Below, one piece after another: positions 1 to 10,661 of a stretch of DNA of 64,000 nucleotides. Within the stretch, counting starts at the first letter, position 1. The number at the start of each line of letters is the position of its first letter. The notes below the pieces were generated by a model. The model saw only the letters and a list, made by a program, of their open reading frames with translations. It was not told where the DNA came from and searched no databases. The DNA lies in the NCBI GenBank assembly GCA_000002435.2, contig CM018789.1; one strand, given 5' to 3'. Both the position numbers and the translations under genes were made by a program. This DNA is from Giardia intestinalis. Lineage: Eukaryota.

Positions 1-2
1 GT

Positions 3-1466
3 CCCTGTGTTGGCGAGGTTTTCGCCATAGATAATGACAGTGCATCTCCTCAGGATATCGACGTCAAGCTTGATGTTGTCAGGAGAGTCTTTAAAGCTCT
101 TCTTCCGGAGTTACCAATGGAGACCCGGCACGGAATAACGGATTATGCTCTAAAGATTCTGACCACGGCAGTAGCCGGCCTTAGTGCTATATCGAGGGTG
201 GTCGCCCTGCGTCTTCTCCTTCCAGCCATGCACGTTGTTCTAGACAAATATGTGGTGCTGGTACGGAAGTACGCATTGCAGTATGTTGAGCCACTTGTCC
301 ACGCTATTACTCTTGTCTTGTACCCCACACTTTCAGAAGCAGTTCTAACTAATGAGCTTCGCGTGGATGTTGTCAAGTTTGTCCTCTCCGTGGTCGCCAT
401 GCGTGCAGATAACTCTTGCTATCCCCTGTTATTTTCACAGTATGATCGACTTGAGACATGCGCCATCTATCTCTTGGCCGAGCTGGATCTGAAGATGCAA
501 GAGAAGTCTCTCGGAGGCGTCATCGAGCAATGCTGGTCTTGGTGCATGGAGTGCACCAGTAACTCCTTAACTGAGGACAACACCGGTGATGCACGCGCTA
601 CCAAATTCAATCTTTCGCTATTTGGTTCATTGTTTGAAAAGACATACACAGAAGCTGTCACAAGTATCCAGCTCACTTCTCCCCCTTCTGTCCCGCGGAT
701 GACAGCCTGCGCACATATCTTGGCTGTGCTTGGCGGTCAGGATCCTCAGCGCCTTGTTACAGGCGTCGGGAAGCTCTTGTATGAGGTCATCGGCACGTAT
801 CTTTTTGCCATCACGAGCCCACTGGGCTGCGTGCCGTATAGCTTAGATACTAAGACAATCGCGCAGTTGCTCGATACTAGGCAACGAGCGGTGGAGCTTT
901 CTAGTGCGCCCATGGGGATGTTCATAACATGTGGTCTCGAGTCCTCGGCGTCTATCAGTGGAATCGCAGAGGATAGCTTTTACGAAGTGTACTCTATGGG
1001 CCGCTACTTTAATCTCTTTCTCTTTGCATGCGGGCATGTTGTAGGAGCCCTGAGGGATGACGTGTACATTGCAGCGATAAGCTTTATGGTGGCAATTGTC
1101 TGCTCTGCCGTAGCACCTTGCAATGAGCTTAAGGACGTCGTTTACCCCTCCCTCAAAGTAGCACTACAGGCAGTGGAGGGGAACAACAATACCCCCATGC
1201 TTTGGGAATATCTCCATGACATGTCTATAACCCTGACGAAGAACTCTAACGATGCTTTTCGCCTCCGAGGGATTGAACTTTTGGAGGTATTTCTTTGTGT
1301 AGTACTTCCCCACGACACACATTGGTTGACGAGAGCTGCTGGTGTGATTGACGAGGCCATTGAAGACTTGCATGAAGGGGTCAGCGCAGCCGCCCAACAT
1401 CTAATTCGGTCTGTTGAGAGCGTAACGGGCAAATTGTATAGAGACCTGGTCAGTGCTGGGGTGTAA
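3..1466 (+). CDS. Hypothetical protein, 5'-partial (helical/ARM-like composition). The frame is open from the window edge.
   Basis: The frame of ORF 117..1466 has no stop codon back to nt 3, and the context upstream of the ATG at 117 is not AT-rich. The gene therefore probably starts upstream of the window. No family recognised. Confidence 0.5.
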   Translation, partial: PCVGEVFAIDNDSASPQDIDVKLDVVRRVFKALLPELPMETRHGITDYALKILTTAVAGLSAISRVVALRLLLPAMHVVLDKYVVLVRKYALQYVEPLVHAITLVLYPTLSEAVLTNELRVDVVKFVLSVVAMRADNSCYPLLFSQYDRLETCAIYLLAELDLKMQEKSLGGVIEQCWSWCMECTSNSLTEDNTGDARATKFNLSLFGSLFEKTYTEAVTSIQLTSPPSVPRMTACAHILAVLGGQDPQRLVTGVGKLLYEVIGTYLFAITSPLGCVPYSLDTKTIAQLLDTRQRAVELSSAPMGMFITCGLESSASISGIAEDSFYEVYSMGRYFNLFLFACGHVVGALRDDVYIAAISFMVAIVCSAVAPCNELKDVVYPSLKVALQAVEGNNNTPMLWEYLHDMSITLTKNSNDAFRLRGIELLEVFLCVVLPHDTHWLTRAAGVIDEAIEDLHEGVSAAAQHLIRSVESVTGKLYRDLVSAGV

Positions 1467-1618
1467 ATTGACATAAAAACGTGACTACCTCGACATCTCT
1501 GCAGCCCGAAGGGGCTTCGGCCGTGAGTGTTCCTGTGCTCAAAGAGATAGCTTCAAAGCTGGAGACGCTAAGGAGGACGTTGGAGAGGGTCACTGGTCCC
1601 TCAGACGTCAAGAAGAGG

Positions 1619-2962
1619 ATGAAGGACATTATCACGGAGACGCTGAATCTCGTCGACATATCCATTCGTGATAGTGATAATCATCCTGAAGGAGGAGTAG
1701 AAACAGCAGGCGCCTACCGCGTAGAAAGCGCTATCCAGGATGTTTTAGATAAAACCCTTGATCGGCTGATGCACGTTGAAAAACGAGCTAGTATAGCAGA
1801 AGCAGAGAATAACCTTATGAGGCAGGAGCATGAACGCCTTGCTGCGCACCAAAGGCAACAAGATAATCTTTTAGAAAACATTCAAAGGCTCTACCGGGAG
1901 GCACGCGACTGCTCAGACAGAAACGCTGCTTCAGCCAAGGAGTGGCGTGCCCGAGCCCATGAACTCGAGGCAGAGCTTGCTACGAAGAAAAGCATTTCTG
2001 GTGATCAGGAAAAAATCATGCAGAGACTCCGGGCTTTATACATTAGATATACAGAGCTAGCGGCTCGCATGAAAGAGCGGGACACTGAGCTCCGAACACA
2101 AGATGAACTCCACAAGGCTGAACTAATGACTCAGAAGAGCCTGGCAGCCGAACGGATCAAAACCCTGGAGCAGGAAATCTCAGCACTTAAGCGGCAAATA
2201 GAACTGCTAAAGAAGCTGGAGAGATCACCGGGAGGCTCGGTGTTGGACCGCCACGGTAATCATCTTCAGAGGCCTCAGACTCCACCGCTCTCGTTGGCTC
2301 GGGACCGTTCTCTTCGCGAGGACTCAGATCAGGGCGTCGGCACTATTTTTGTACGCAAACCTCTCCTGCAAGCAGAACAGCCGCAGCAATCAGATAGGAC
2401 CATAGGAAGCGGAAGCGTGGGGAGCAGCAGCGTTGTGGATGATATTGACTTACAAACTATACAGAAGATTCAAGAGACCATGGACAAACACTATCCTCAC
2501 AGCTATTCTCGCAAAAATACAGTCCATTCAGGGATACCATCATCATCTCAGCGGCTTAGACCGCATTCATCAGACCTATCTACACGACCCAAGATAAAGC
2601 CCAGTGGTTATCAAGCACAAGAGGATGGAGTGGCATACAGACCTAAGAAACACGCACGGAGCCTTCAAGAACAGTATGAGCGGCCAAAACACATTCAATC
2701 TTTATTAAAAAGCACATCTGTGTATGACCTGGTTGAGCCGAGCACCAATACCACTCGGGTATTTCCGTCGGAATCAAGCGTCCAGGAACAGGATTTAGGA
2801 TACACGAGAACATACGATAAATCCCCTGATATTCAGGAGAGTAGACTAGAGGATGAGACAGACCTGCAAAAAAGTAAGGCGCATTCTATTCTGACTGGCT
2901 TATTTCAGTATTTGAAGCAAACAGAAGAGCAAATGATGGCAACTGATACCAAGCAGGCATAA
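1619..2962 (+). CDS. Coiled-coil protein. First in-frame ATG is at 1619; the frame is open from about 1470.
   Basis: Long heptad-like E/K/R/L/Q-rich segments (LKRQIELLKKLE, LEQEISALK). The track start at 1481 is GTG. Region 1481..1618 is also coding-like in this frame; see the finding at 1440..1640. Confidence 0.5.
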   Translation: MKDIITETLNLVDISIRDSDNHPEGGVETAGAYRVESAIQDVLDKTLDRLMHVEKRASIAEAENNLMRQEHERLAAHQRQQDNLLENIQRLYREARDCSDRNAASAKEWRARAHELEAELATKKSISGDQEKIMQRLRALYIRYTELAARMKERDTELRTQDELHKAELMTQKSLAAERIKTLEQEISALKRQIELLKKLERSPGGSVLDRHGNHLQRPQTPPLSLARDRSLREDSDQGVGTIFVRKPLLQAEQPQQSDRTIGSGSVGSSSVVDDIDLQTIQKIQETMDKHYPHSYSRKNTVHSGIPSSSQRLRPHSSDLSTRPKIKPSGYQAQEDGVAYRPKKHARSLQEQYERPKHIQSLLKSTSVYDLVEPSTNTTRVFPSESSVQEQDLGYTRTYDKSPDIQESRLEDETDLQKSKAHSILTGLFQYLKQTEEQMMATDTKQA

Positions 2963-3740
2963 GGGCCTATCTTTCACACATTTGCCATCTTGAATACTAG
3001 CTTCGTGCATTGATGCAGAGTGGAACTGGGTTTGAGGCTAGTTAATGCTATCTTTAACAGCTGTACATGAATCATCGGTAATGAGACATGGCCCAGAGTC
3101 CGTGCTCATCTTCATGTTATCCTGATTAGGTCCTTCAGATGGTTTGAAATCTAACCTTGCGATTGGCGATGTTTTATGCATAGGTCGTGCGAGGGCATGC
3201 TACACTTAGTCGGGTGTTAGCCAACACTCCTATGGTACTATTTAGAAAACTAATTCATTACAGGATAAGCCTTCCATATGATGCCGCGGTAGTCATGATG
3301 GTAGGCGTAACTGAGGCGTACTGCATCGTTTTAAAAAGTACCAGTTGTGGGGCTGCTGAGTTGATGTATTTATTGTCTAGGTCATGCCCTCTATTGCCCC
3401 ACCGTGCCTTGTGGCTGGCTCGTGTGGCCCTCGGCATGTCCCTGCTGTGGAACGCACTTTTGGAGCCGACCACGCGCAGAGGACAGACCCCCCTACTCAG
3501 GCCCACGGTCTCCTGTCTTTGGCACTGAGCCCCAGCGCCACAGGGTTGCGGCGGGCTTCAGAAGCAAGGGTGACACCCGTAGCCGACGCAGAGCCTATGC
3601 GGTACATACCGTGAGCAGAGGAGAAAATGCAAAATGAGACTATGTTTGCTTGAACATATGAATATATAAATGAATCATATGCTCAATTATCAACTTAAAC
3701 CTATTCAATCTATAAGATATCTATCAATCTAACAAATGCA

Positions 3741-4244
3741 ATGACTAGAAGAGTAGTAACTAACGGCTTTAGCGATAGTTTCACCGGAATCCTGAAAGAC
3801 ATGGTGCTGGTGCTTCATTATAGCTCTTACTGGGTCACCTATGCACTCAAGAGTTTTCCTGATGAAGAACTCAGGGAAGTCGCATTGCAATGCACATCCA
3901 GACAAGAACTGATGATCGTAGAAGAAAGAATCCGCAGCTTGATGGCCCTTCATCATCCAAACATTGTGAAGTGCATGCGAGCCTTTGTATGCAATTCCTT
4001 ACTGTACTGCAGGACAAAACGCTATAATAGACCTTTCGAGCACAAAAGGAAGCAGAATCTTCGCGAAAGCTGTCGTATGTCTGAAGGACGAATGCTCTAT
4101 GTTGTCTGTCAAATAGCATAAGGACTGGCACACCTACACGACCCGAAGAAGAGAAGTAGAGCAGGGCACCCTCTTCCTGTGATTCCACATGGTGACGTTT
4201 GTCCGGCAAACACCCTCGTCAGTGAGTGCTTGGCCAGCTCCTAA
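3741..4244 (+). pseudogene. Degenerate protein-kinase-like fragment with an in-frame stop. Possibly a NEK-family pseudokinase remnant.
   Basis: ATG at 3741 with a classic AT-rich upstream context. The translation shows kinase subdomain order: YALK (subdomain II Lys), LHHPNIVK, Q-I-A-*-GLAHLH, then HGDVCPANTLV (a degenerate HRDLKPENILV). There is a TAA at 4122 inside the homology, and nothing recognisable after 4244. Giardia is known for a large NEK expansion that includes many dead kinases. Confidence 0.35.
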
Positions 4245-4571
4245 TGCTTACCCAGCAGAGCGAGCCACGGCAAAGGAGCTCGGCGCCATAATTACTGGGC
4301 TTAGGCAACCTGTCAGGAATCAGACCAACGAACACTCATGCTCCTTAGTGGACATGCGACAAGATAAGAACGACTTCACGAATCAGAAACCTGAGGCCGT
4401 CACGTTGTGTGTGCTACTCAGTGGCGGATCTAAAGTTCTTGTAAGCGCAGTTTGTGAGAGCAGCATGGATACTGCCGGTCTAGATACCAGCTGATCTTAC
4501 AGAAATGGCAGAGCGGCCTCAGCACGTGTCATGAAGTGGGGAGGGATATCGGGTTCAAAAAATGTAATGCA

Positions 4572-6620
4572 ATGGAGTTGGCCTACTTCACCCGCCTCTG
4601 CTACAACGATAGGGAGTTTGCTATTACGCACGCGGACGCTTTCCAGTTCGCAATAGAGCGACGGCCCTCGACGCGTGAGATCCTCGCCTTCGACACACAG
4701 ATCCAGACGCTTCCCCAGACCTTGACTCGGTACTCAGAAAGCGGGCTAGAACTTTTCGGAGAAGAGACTGTGCGCCACAATTTCGCGGGCCCCATCATCA
4801 ATGGCGCGACGCCCCTCATCTACGCCTGCTACCACGGCCATCACGTCATCGCCCAGCATCTCTCAGACCACACAGCTCAGCCATGTAGCAGGGACGCACT
4901 GGGACGCACGGCGCTCATGTGGGCTTGCTGCAATATTACCACTCCAGAGGCGTTAGACTGTGCACTTCTGCTCGTAGATAAGGAGGCGGGCATGGCAGAT
5001 TCCTGTGGCAACACTGCCTTGATGTATCTATTAGAAAACATGTACTTGCGGAAGTATGATAAGTACCTAGAATTATTCCGCAGACTCGTTCGCGTTGAGG
5101 CTAGACGCTTCAACCAGGCCAACAACACAGCGCTCATGCTGCTGGTTAACTCCGACACGTCATTTGATAACATCTTATCTGCCGATCAAATACGTTTGCG
5201 CAAGCATGTCCTTAAGGAGCTCTGTGAGGTTGAAGGACCGCTGGTAGCAATAACAAATACGACCGCAATGGCAATCTTTCTACACAACACAGAGCGGATT
5301 TCTCCTCTAAAGCACAATGACTACTTGGAAATTATTGACTGTCTGCTTCCATATGAGGGGCTTCTCATGGATGTCAAGGCCATTGATAAGAACATGTTCA
5401 AACACCTCTGTAAAACAGATGATGGTAGGAAACGTATACAAGAGTTGACAACATATAGACCGTTTAAGTTTAGAGCAGATTTTGTCTGCGGAGAATACGG
5501 AGTGCATCAACTTCAGGATCGGCTACACGCCATAGCTCTGAGTTACATCAATACAACAAAGCAGCGCCTTTCGGAACTGTATGGCGAACACCTTGGCATG
5601 GACTCTCTTCTAGCTCTTACCATACCGGATAGCTCCGATGACCCAATTTTGAGGATAACTCCGGAGCATATAACATCGACTCTACTCTGTAGTCTGGATG
5701 AGACTAGCCTTGACCTTCTGCAGAATAATACAACGATTGGGTTGCCTTGTTTCAAAGACTCTCTTCATCTGAGTGAAATGAGCACTATAGTCATGGATGA
5801 TCAAGAGGAGCCTCTGGCCCCTAGTGAGCATATTTCTAGTATTATTCAAAGCCCAAACAAGTCCATCAGTATCTTGTTAGGGCACACCGAAGACCAGTTG
5901 CCATCTAAGACTGAGGCTAAGCTGGCAGTGCCTGGTATGAGAGACAGCGACAGCATTGTTGCATCTCTGCCCGGTGTAGGCTCTAAACTAGCGGTTACAT
6001 CTACTCTTCTGCAACCTGAAGGTAGCCATTTGCTTGAAACCACAGCGAGCGTGGCACCCACTGCCTCTACGTATAATCAAGATCTAGGCCAAGCAGAAGG
6101 GCTCCTCTTCACAACATACATCGCTAAGAACATGTACCACGTTGTCTTCTACTATCTTACCAGCAAGAGATTCTTGCAACGTAGGGCCTTGTTATACAAC
6201 ACGCATATGCTCCCAGGCTCTACTTCCCACCTCATTCAGCTGACGAGAAATAAGCTGCTGATGGCATTGGAGCTGGGCCATGTTGAGGTACTTGTTGTGC
6301 TCCTTATGATGTACTACCATGACCACGTTACCATCCCTTTTGCTCCTCTTCTCAAACGTGGGAGCGCTCTTCTTGATCAGATGGCCGATACTGTGCCCAA
6401 GAACGTTAGTCGCGGTGGTGGCACAGACCCCGTTGTGAGCGCACGTACTGGCCTAGCCGAGTGTGTGGATGTCCTGAGAGCCTTGGATCTCCGCATAGAC
6501 GAAATATTCAACAAGATACGGCTTCATCTTGGAGGCCGCTTCGTCACTGCGCTGGAGATCATGCGGCCGTCCCTGAAGCTCCACCAGCAGAGGGGCGCGG
6601 CCTCGGACACGATTGAGTAA
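4572..6620 (+). CDS. Ankyrin-repeat protein (Giardia 'protein 21.1'-like family).
   Basis: Repeats of the ankyrin form: GATPLIYACYHGHHVIAQHL...D.LGRTALMWAC and GNTALMYLLEN. The track start at 4536 is GTG. The first in-frame ATG is at 4572 and is preceded by AT-rich sequence. Confidence 0.6.
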   Translation: MELAYFTRLCYNDREFAITHADAFQFAIERRPSTREILAFDTQIQTLPQTLTRYSESGLELFGEETVRHNFAGPIINGATPLIYACYHGHHVIAQHLSDHTAQPCSRDALGRTALMWACCNITTPEALDCALLLVDKEAGMADSCGNTALMYLLENMYLRKYDKYLELFRRLVRVEARRFNQANNTALMLLVNSDTSFDNILSADQIRLRKHVLKELCEVEGPLVAITNTTAMAIFLHNTERISPLKHNDYLEIIDCLLPYEGLLMDVKAIDKNMFKHLCKTDDGRKRIQELTTYRPFKFRADFVCGEYGVHQLQDRLHAIALSYINTTKQRLSELYGEHLGMDSLLALTIPDSSDDPILRITPEHITSTLLCSLDETSLDLLQNNTTIGLPCFKDSLHLSEMSTIVMDDQEEPLAPSEHISSIIQSPNKSISILLGHTEDQLPSKTEAKLAVPGMRDSDSIVASLPGVGSKLAVTSTLLQPEGSHLLETTASVAPTASTYNQDLGQAEGLLFTTYIAKNMYHVVFYYLTSKRFLQRRALLYNTHMLPGSTSHLIQLTRNKLLMALELGHVEVLVVLLMMYYHDHVTIPFAPLLKRGSALLDQMADTVPKNVSRGGGTDPVVSARTGLAECVDVLRALDLRIDEIFNKIRLHLGGRFVTALEIMRPSLKLHQQRGAASDTIE

Positions 6621-6878
6621 AGGATATCAGAGCGACAACTAACATCAAGGGTCAGTACAGGTCTGTGGTTCTGTCTTCATTTATTTTTTCGTCTGCTTTT
6701 GTTCTCATTTGCTTCGGAGCTTTTTAAAACCGTTTTTGAAACGATCTCGGTTCCCAGACTTGAACTTGCTGCCTAGTAACTTGCAGTAAAAGCACCGGTC
6801 CGGCCTCTGCGTTACCGTATCTCATAAATCTCTGTAATCTGTTTTGGATTTTTTAGAAAGCGAGGTTGAGTTGGCTGG

Positions 6879-8054
6879 ATGCAGACTGCTCCCTTCGATA
6901 TTGGCTCAGACTTCTCGAAAGAGCTTATGAAGAAGTACAAGCGGCTTTTGCGGGAAGAAACGCGCAGCCCAATTCACCAGCACCTTCTAGAAGATGATGC
7001 GGCACCTGACGGCATTCCGCGTCCTTCATCCAATAGTCGTCGCCCTTCAAATGACCTGACACAAGAACTACAAAGTTTTGTAACAAGCGAGGTTGGTGCT
7101 CAGCCAGTAGCTCGGGACGTGGAGCGTCTCGGAACACCTGTTCTCCAATTGAATAGCCCGCTTAGAGACCGTCCCAAGGTTTCTTTTAGTTCACTACACA
7201 CTGAAAAGAGATCAGAAAAACCAGACAATAGTCACAGAGTGGTTTTCGACAGAACAGAGCGAGACCTTGGCTCCCAAGCAGAGCTCTATCCGATGGAAAA
7301 CAGCACAACAGACATCCTTAAGGCAGAGCATGCTTCAATAGTCCGTGCACTGAAGCAGCGGGCACAAGAGCAAATCATGCAAGCCCACAAGGAGCGGGAC
7401 ATGGCAATTAACGAAGCTAGGGAATCAAGTTTAACATACATGCAAAAGATTGATCAATTAGAGTCGCTTCTCATGGCCAAGGACAATGCTATTAAGAATC
7501 TGCAGGGTGACATGGGTCAGCTCAAAGACCTTTACGACGCGCGGCAGCAGTCAATGATCGACAGACAGGTTGTTCTGGAGCAGGAAAATGCTCGTCTCAA
7601 AGATGAGGTACGTTCTCTTAATACTCGCGTTGATCAAATAAGGGACCACGAGCGAGCAACACTAGAGGAGAGGGTGAAACTGGCAACAGACGCCAATCTG
7701 GCCAGAGTGGAGAGCCTGGAGAACAAGTTGCGGTTAGCAGAGCGCACGATATCTTCTTTGGAGAGGGACAAGCTCGCGATACTCCAAGAGACAGCAAAAG
7801 ATGTGACAGAAATGAATAAGTGTCATGAGGAGCTCAAGGACCGCTACTCTGAACTCGTATTAGCATGTAAAAAGCTCAAGCAAAGAGTGGTCATTGCTAC
7901 CAGTGAACGGAATGCACTAAAAGAGGAAAACGAAGCACTGCTGGACGAGCTTTCTGGGCTGAGAGAACGGAACGAAAATCTCTCACGAGAACTTATCCGA
8001 GCAGACAGGCTTGTCTTTGGAAAACCGCGCAACTCATCTGGAGTGCGTATTTGA
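6879..8054 (+). CDS. Coiled-coil protein.
   Basis: ATG at 6879. The C-terminal 250 aa are almost continuous heptad coiled coil (LESLLMAKDNAIKNLQGDMGQLKDLYD...). Confidence 0.55.
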   Translation: MQTAPFDIGSDFSKELMKKYKRLLREETRSPIHQHLLEDDAAPDGIPRPSSNSRRPSNDLTQELQSFVTSEVGAQPVARDVERLGTPVLQLNSPLRDRPKVSFSSLHTEKRSEKPDNSHRVVFDRTERDLGSQAELYPMENSTTDILKAEHASIVRALKQRAQEQIMQAHKERDMAINEARESSLTYMQKIDQLESLLMAKDNAIKNLQGDMGQLKDLYDARQQSMIDRQVVLEQENARLKDEVRSLNTRVDQIRDHERATLEERVKLATDANLARVESLENKLRLAERTISSLERDKLAILQETAKDVTEMNKCHEELKDRYSELVLACKKLKQRVVIATSERNALKEENEALLDELSGLRERNENLSRELIRADRLVFGKPRNSSGVRI

Positions 8055-8122
8055 CTTACTGTTGCTATCGCCAGGGGAAGTGAAATTCGTATTTTTTATT
8101 TCTCTCCCCTGAAGAGCTTTCT

Positions 8123-9832
8123 ATGAGCTATTCCCGCGCATTTGAGCGGACGATGCTGAAGCGTGAACTGGATGGGGAAAAGGGGCGGACAATTGCCCCT
8201 CCAAACGGGGCTCAGGGAGAGAGAAACAATTACATAGGCTTTCTGGAAGGCCAGCTCGACAAGATAGCAGCGACAAGCGAATTCACTAAGCTTCTCTCTG
8301 ATAAGATTGAAAACTTGCATACGACATTGACCATTCACGAGGAGAGGCTACTGAATCAGGCCCGACTATTGAACCTGACGCAAGAAGCCATAGATCAAGG
8401 GAATCAGCAGCACGGAAAGACTATAACCTTACTAAAGGACCAGCTCAGTATGCTGGACGCTCAATTGAAGAACTTGCAGGATCAGGTCTGCGCGACATCC
8501 TTGTCCATTGCAAAGTGTGCTTCAAACTCGGCTACGGCCCCCGTTCACGAGGGTGTTAGTGAAGAAACATATAAGGGAGTCCTAGCAAAAATGCATGAGA
8601 TTCAGGATGTGCAGAAGCAACACGCTAGACAGCTCAGCCTACTATGCGCTGAGAATGAGGATGGCCTCACCCTTGCGAAAGTCAAGGGTCAACTAGATTC
8701 ACTTGACACATATGTCCAGAAGTCCATTGCGGACTTGAAGGCGACAACTGTAAAGCCTTCCCAAATAGAAAGCACAGTTTTGGGAATGATTCCTGAGTTG
8801 AAAGCATCTATCCTCGCCGCATGTGAAGCAGAACTGACGAGCAAGCTCACACACGAGATTTCAGCCCAGATCTCGAAGTCTGCAAAATCCTTGACAGACA
8901 ATCTTCTGTTGGCAATCCTTCCTGAGGTGAAAACACACGTCAAAGATTCCATTAAGCACATACAAGCTGAAGTTCGGCAAGAAACGATGGCGCTAAGCTC
9001 CGCACTCAACAACTTGAACGAGGACATGAATCAGAACCGAAGGCGAGTGAGCTCTACGCAGGGAGAGGTTGAGACGCTGGTCACGGTCATGGAGGAAATT
9101 CGGAAGCAGATCCGTCTGATGGAGCGGGGAGAGATAACAGAGCGAGCGCGGGCAATTCTGCAGTCCAATTCACCTAGACGCACGGGAGAGTCATCCCCGC
9201 GGATACGACGGTCCACGACCGGCGAACCAGGCGAAGACTGTACACTTCGCAACGGAATCTGGACAGACCAAAAGCGCATTTACACAACTTTCCGTCCTCT
9301 AGATGATAGGCAATACGTACCGATTGCAGTGCCCACACGAGGCTCTCCCAGTCCACCCCGTGATCTAGCTAATCGGTTCGACCCAGAGAAAATGCAGAGG
9401 AGAATCAAGTATCTGCTCACAAACAGTCCACAAAGTCACGCTGGAGACCTGAGCATTGGATCTGCCTCTAGTTCTGACCATGAGTCTAATAGGCAACCCC
9501 AACACCAAAAGCGAGAGAGGAGTGGAGGAGAGGGGAATGGAGACCACACATCACATGATATTGCACGTAAAGTGTCCAGAAATGCACGCTCTTCGAGTGC
9601 AGACGGTAGCCTCAGAGAAGGTGTGGGCCTGAACGTAATGACCAAAGAGCTTCGTAACTCTGGTAAGCTGTATAGTTCTAGCTCAGCCGTGGATGGAGTT
9701 GGGAAGCGTGTGTCCACAGCCACGAGTGCTCACACAAAGGGGACATCTTCCAAGAGCCGAGGCTCGTGCGACGGTCAGAGGGTTTTCACTAAGTCATCAG
9801 CAGGACAGATAACCGCCAGGTCCAAGCGGTAA
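8123..9832 (+). CDS. Coiled-coil protein with a Ser/Arg-rich C-terminal tail.
   Basis: ATG at 8123 with AT-rich upstream context. Long coiled coil in the N-terminal two-thirds, followed by a low-complexity S/R/G-rich tail. Confidence 0.55.
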   Translation: MSYSRAFERTMLKRELDGEKGRTIAPPNGAQGERNNYIGFLEGQLDKIAATSEFTKLLSDKIENLHTTLTIHEERLLNQARLLNLTQEAIDQGNQQHGKTITLLKDQLSMLDAQLKNLQDQVCATSLSIAKCASNSATAPVHEGVSEETYKGVLAKMHEIQDVQKQHARQLSLLCAENEDGLTLAKVKGQLDSLDTYVQKSIADLKATTVKPSQIESTVLGMIPELKASILAACEAELTSKLTHEISAQISKSAKSLTDNLLLAILPEVKTHVKDSIKHIQAEVRQETMALSSALNNLNEDMNQNRRRVSSTQGEVETLVTVMEEIRKQIRLMERGEITERARAILQSNSPRRTGESSPRIRRSTTGEPGEDCTLRNGIWTDQKRIYTTFRPLDDRQYVPIAVPTRGSPSPPRDLANRFDPEKMQRRIKYLLTNSPQSHAGDLSIGSASSSDHESNRQPQHQKRERSGGEGNGDHTSHDIARKVSRNARSSSADGSLREGVGLNVMTKELRNSGKLYSSSSAVDGVGKRVSTATSAHTKGTSSKSRGSCDGQRVFTKSSAGQITARSKR

Positions 9833-9908
9833 TAGTATGTTGTGGCGCGATCTGTATCACTCCAGTAAAGACTTGGTTTGTAATTAAAAAACCCCGTTTC
9901 GCATTAGA

Positions 9909-10481
9909 ATGGGCAGCTCTAATCGCATCAGAAAGATGAAGCTTCGCCATATGGGGATAAAACGTACAGACGAACGCGTCCGCTTCCACCGAAAAGAGAA
10001 GCCCACTGAAGAGAAGGAGATAATGCGAAATGAAGAGCGAGTGTCTGCAGACCGCTTCTTTGAATATAACCCTAACCTAGGCCCGCCGTATCATGTGCTT
10101 GTTGACACATCTTTTCTAAATTACACAGTGAAGATGAAGCTCGACCTCGTCAATGCGATGATAGACTGCCTTTACGCCAAAGCAATTCCATATGTCACTG
10201 ATTGCGTTATACAGGAGCTTGAACGACATGGTCAGCGCTTTGGAATCGCCCTCAGGCTTGTCAAGGACCCGCGGGTCAAAAGGCTCAAGTGCGATCATGA
10301 CAACATAGGCTATGCAGACGACTGTCTCTACAACAGAGCCAAGGCAGCTCAGTGCTACATTGTGGCAACAAACGATGTGGAACTGAAACACAGGATCCGT
10401 AAGCTTCCGGGGATACCACTTATGAGCGTTCTTAGGGGTCGCTATGGTATAGAGCGGTTGGCAGACGCTGCCATAGCGTAG
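9909..10481 (+). CDS. FCF1: FCF1/UTP24 PIN-domain rRNA-processing endonuclease (small-subunit processome).
   Basis: Near-collinear match to the FCF1 family as I remember it: NPNLGPPYHVLVDTSFLNYTVKMKLDLVNAMIDCLYAKAIPYVTDCVIQELE...YADDCL...CYIVATND.ELK.RIRK.PG.P.M. The size, about 190 aa, is right for the family. Confidence 0.9.
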   Translation: MGSSNRIRKMKLRHMGIKRTDERVRFHRKEKPTEEKEIMRNEERVSADRFFEYNPNLGPPYHVLVDTSFLNYTVKMKLDLVNAMIDCLYAKAIPYVTDCVIQELERHGQRFGIALRLVKDPRVKRLKCDHDNIGYADDCLYNRAKAAQCYIVATNDVELKHRIRKLPGIPLMSVLRGRYGIERLADAAIA

Positions 10482-10661
10482 TTACGTAGTTACGTAGTCA
10501 CATCGCTCGTGGATTTTAGTATCTAATGTGTATATGCTAAGGGTCCGTGCTGGCGGCGATCTGCACCCTTCTATCACGGCCACTGAGAATGTGCTAAAAT
10601 GTGCTAAATAGACACTTTGAGACGCTTTTTTGTGTAAATTTTGATAATTTATCAGAAGGAT

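Noticed and set aside
1481-1618. Track start codons at 1481, 4536, 10641, 26917, 29676, 35297 (plus strand) and 16993, 23739, 25724, 38200 (minus strand).
   Set aside because: These are GTG or TTG. A eukaryote needs ATG, so I moved each CDS start to the first in-frame ATG. All but 1619 have AT-rich Giardia-type initiator context.
3187-3637. Small overlapping ORFs of 76-113 aa at 3187..3637 on both strands.
   Set aside because: They are mutually overlapping, with no start context, in a GC-rich patch that inflates ORF length. The region is treated as possible ncRNA or pseudogene under findings instead.
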